DNA of 64,000 nucleotides, taken from positions 62,001 to 126,000 of the forward strand of contig CDMY01000200.1 of the NCBI GenBank assembly GCA_001179505.1. The letters are read 5' to 3'. The translations under genes and the position numbers were made by a program. The notes below the pieces were generated by a model. The model did not search any database. It saw nothing but the letters and a program-made list of their open reading frames with translations, and was not told the origin of the DNA. This document shows positions 62,307-64,000 of the stretch, one piece after another (position 1 is the stretch's first letter; every line of letters starts with the position of its first letter). Source of the DNA: Vitrella brassicaformis CCMP3155. Taxonomy: Eukaryota; Protista; Chromerida.

Positions 62307-62884
62307 GGGAGGGCAGAGAGAGAGAGAGACAAAGAGGCAGGCAGGCAGGCAGATAGACGGGGCTGTCTGTCTGTCTGTCTGTGTTGCGTAAGGTGGGCTA
62401 TGTGATGACGGGCGGCTGGTTGTTTGTTTGCTGATGTCCATGGTGATGCATAGGGGTGGGGTCTTTCTGACAGAAGCGGAAAGGGCCGTTGCTTCACCGC
62501 TGGCGAGAAGAAGCGACCTCAGACACGAGCAAACTGACGACAGACAGACAAACAGACAGACAGTGGCTCACTTGATGTGCACCGGTCCACTGCGTGAATG
62601 CGAGTCGCATCTGCCTACTTTTTCTCATCTGTCGTGCTCTGGATAATATGGCTGACTTGGGGACTGGGGTGTGGGTGGCGTGAGTGTGTTTAAGAGAGAC
62701 AGACGCCGCGCACACACATGACATGACATGGCCGGCGATGCGGTGTGTGACTCACGCGACAGATTGATGGATGGATCACATCAACCAACGAGCGATTCAA
62801 CACATACGTGATGATGTCGGATGCTATCAACGCCATGACTGACAAGTCGCCACACCCCACCATGTACAGTAGCCGGTCGGTCCA

Positions 62885-64000
62885 TCAGTCCAACTCAATC
62901 ACATCGGGCGAGCCTTGCAGCTGCTGGTCGTCGCCCGTCAGATCCATCGCTGCAGGGTTGTGCTGGGCGCTGCGCGCCACATTCTGCTGGCGCTGCCTCT
63001 GCTGCACTTGGGGTGCCAGCCGAGAGGGAAACATGGGCCACGCTGGGCGGGATGGGGGGACGCTGGCAGCAGCAGCACCACCACCAGCAGCAGCAGCAGC
63101 AGCAGCGGCATCCCCACGCCTTATCTAAAAGACGGAAGAGAGGATTGGGGCAGAGAGCGGTGAGAGAGACACCACACACGTCGGATGGCATTCTGCCTTT
63201 CATTTCATTCTCTCCTCTCACCAGATCGGCGAATGGGTCGGGTTTCCTTTCCTGTTCGCCAGGCAGCTTCCTGGCCTGCTCGTCGGCCGCCTTCTTAACC
63301 GCCACGAGGCCCTTGCGGACGGCCGATGACGACTGCAAGCCGCCCATCTTGGCCAGGATGTGGCCGAAGACGCAGCTGTCGTACCTCACTAGGAGGCGCT
63401 CGATCTCGACGTCAACCAGCCGCCGTAAGGCCTAAGGGAGAAGACAGCAGATGGAGAGGAAGGGCTGTGTCTGTATGAGGCAGGGACGTGTGTTGGTCTG
63501 TTGTACCTACCATGATGAGGTCGGTCTTCATCCTCTCCCCTGGGCTCACTGGGCCGCCATCTCTGCCGCCTTGACTCAGCTCCACCGGACGCACACCACT
63601 CGCCCGCCCCTCCCCACCTTCCTCCTCCCCATCACCCATACCCACACCCACGCTCATACTCACACAGCCGGCGACGAGGTCAGCCACGTCCCCGTGTGCG
63701 GCGTCTTGTGCCGGCCCCTCGGTCGTCGTGAGCATCTGGCCGAATGCGTGCAGCTGCTGGTCGCCAGTCGTCAGGACGAAAAGCAGGAGGGCTGCGTAGC
63801 TGTCTGTCGACTCCTTCATCGCCGCCAGCACTCGGGGCTCCACTGCCGATGGCATGCGCTTTTGACGCTGCTGGTGCTGCTGCTGGTGGTGATTTAGGGG
63901 CCAGATGAGGGGGATGTTGGGTGGGGGAGGGGACAAGGGCGATTGGCTGGCCTGGCCGCTGACCCGCTGCAGGATGGTGCGGCTGATGTTGCACTCGTGT
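62885..64000 (-). CDS. Hypothetical protein, 5'-partial
   Basis: Exons ...STDSYAALLLFVLTTGDQQL..., ALRRLVDVEIERLLVRYDSCVFGHILAKMGG... and a last exon ending MDLTGDDQQLQGSPDVIELD* (TGA 62885-62887). Confidence 0.6.

Overview
Eukaryotic, GC-rich, intron-dense DNA. Short GT-AG introns are filled with (GT)n, (CTGT)n and (GATG)n microsatellites, and two genes carry bipartite plastid-targeting leaders. The gene style suggests a chromerid alveolate such as Vitrella (inference). No rRNA, tRNA or CRISPR array was seen. The left three-quarters (about 3-47 kb) is a dynamic, duplicated island. It has five paralogs of an ankyrin-repeat gene (two intact, three disrupted) and a tandemly duplicated four-gene cassette: ankyrin gene, SH3-like chimeric gene, F-box membrane protein, and RING-ubiquitin fusion. 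It also holds a 1.7-kb insertion with a 123-bp tandem array, a histone H1 fragment, an SBP2-like segment, a BTB-BTB-Ubl gene and an AKAP7-type 2H phosphoesterase. Interleaved and to the right are housekeeping genes: SEL1L/Hrd3, a plastid alpha/beta hydrolase, KIN17, a nucleotide-sugar transporter, EMC3, a Tic110-like protein and a cyclophilin with an R/D-rich tail. The most striking item is an intact 173-aa C3HC4 RING protein that ends in a ubiquitin domain with a free LRLRGG C-terminus, embedded among F-box, ankyrin and BTB adaptor-like genes. All exon models were built by eye from splice sites and reading-frame phase. Domain calls come from remembered motifs, not database searches.
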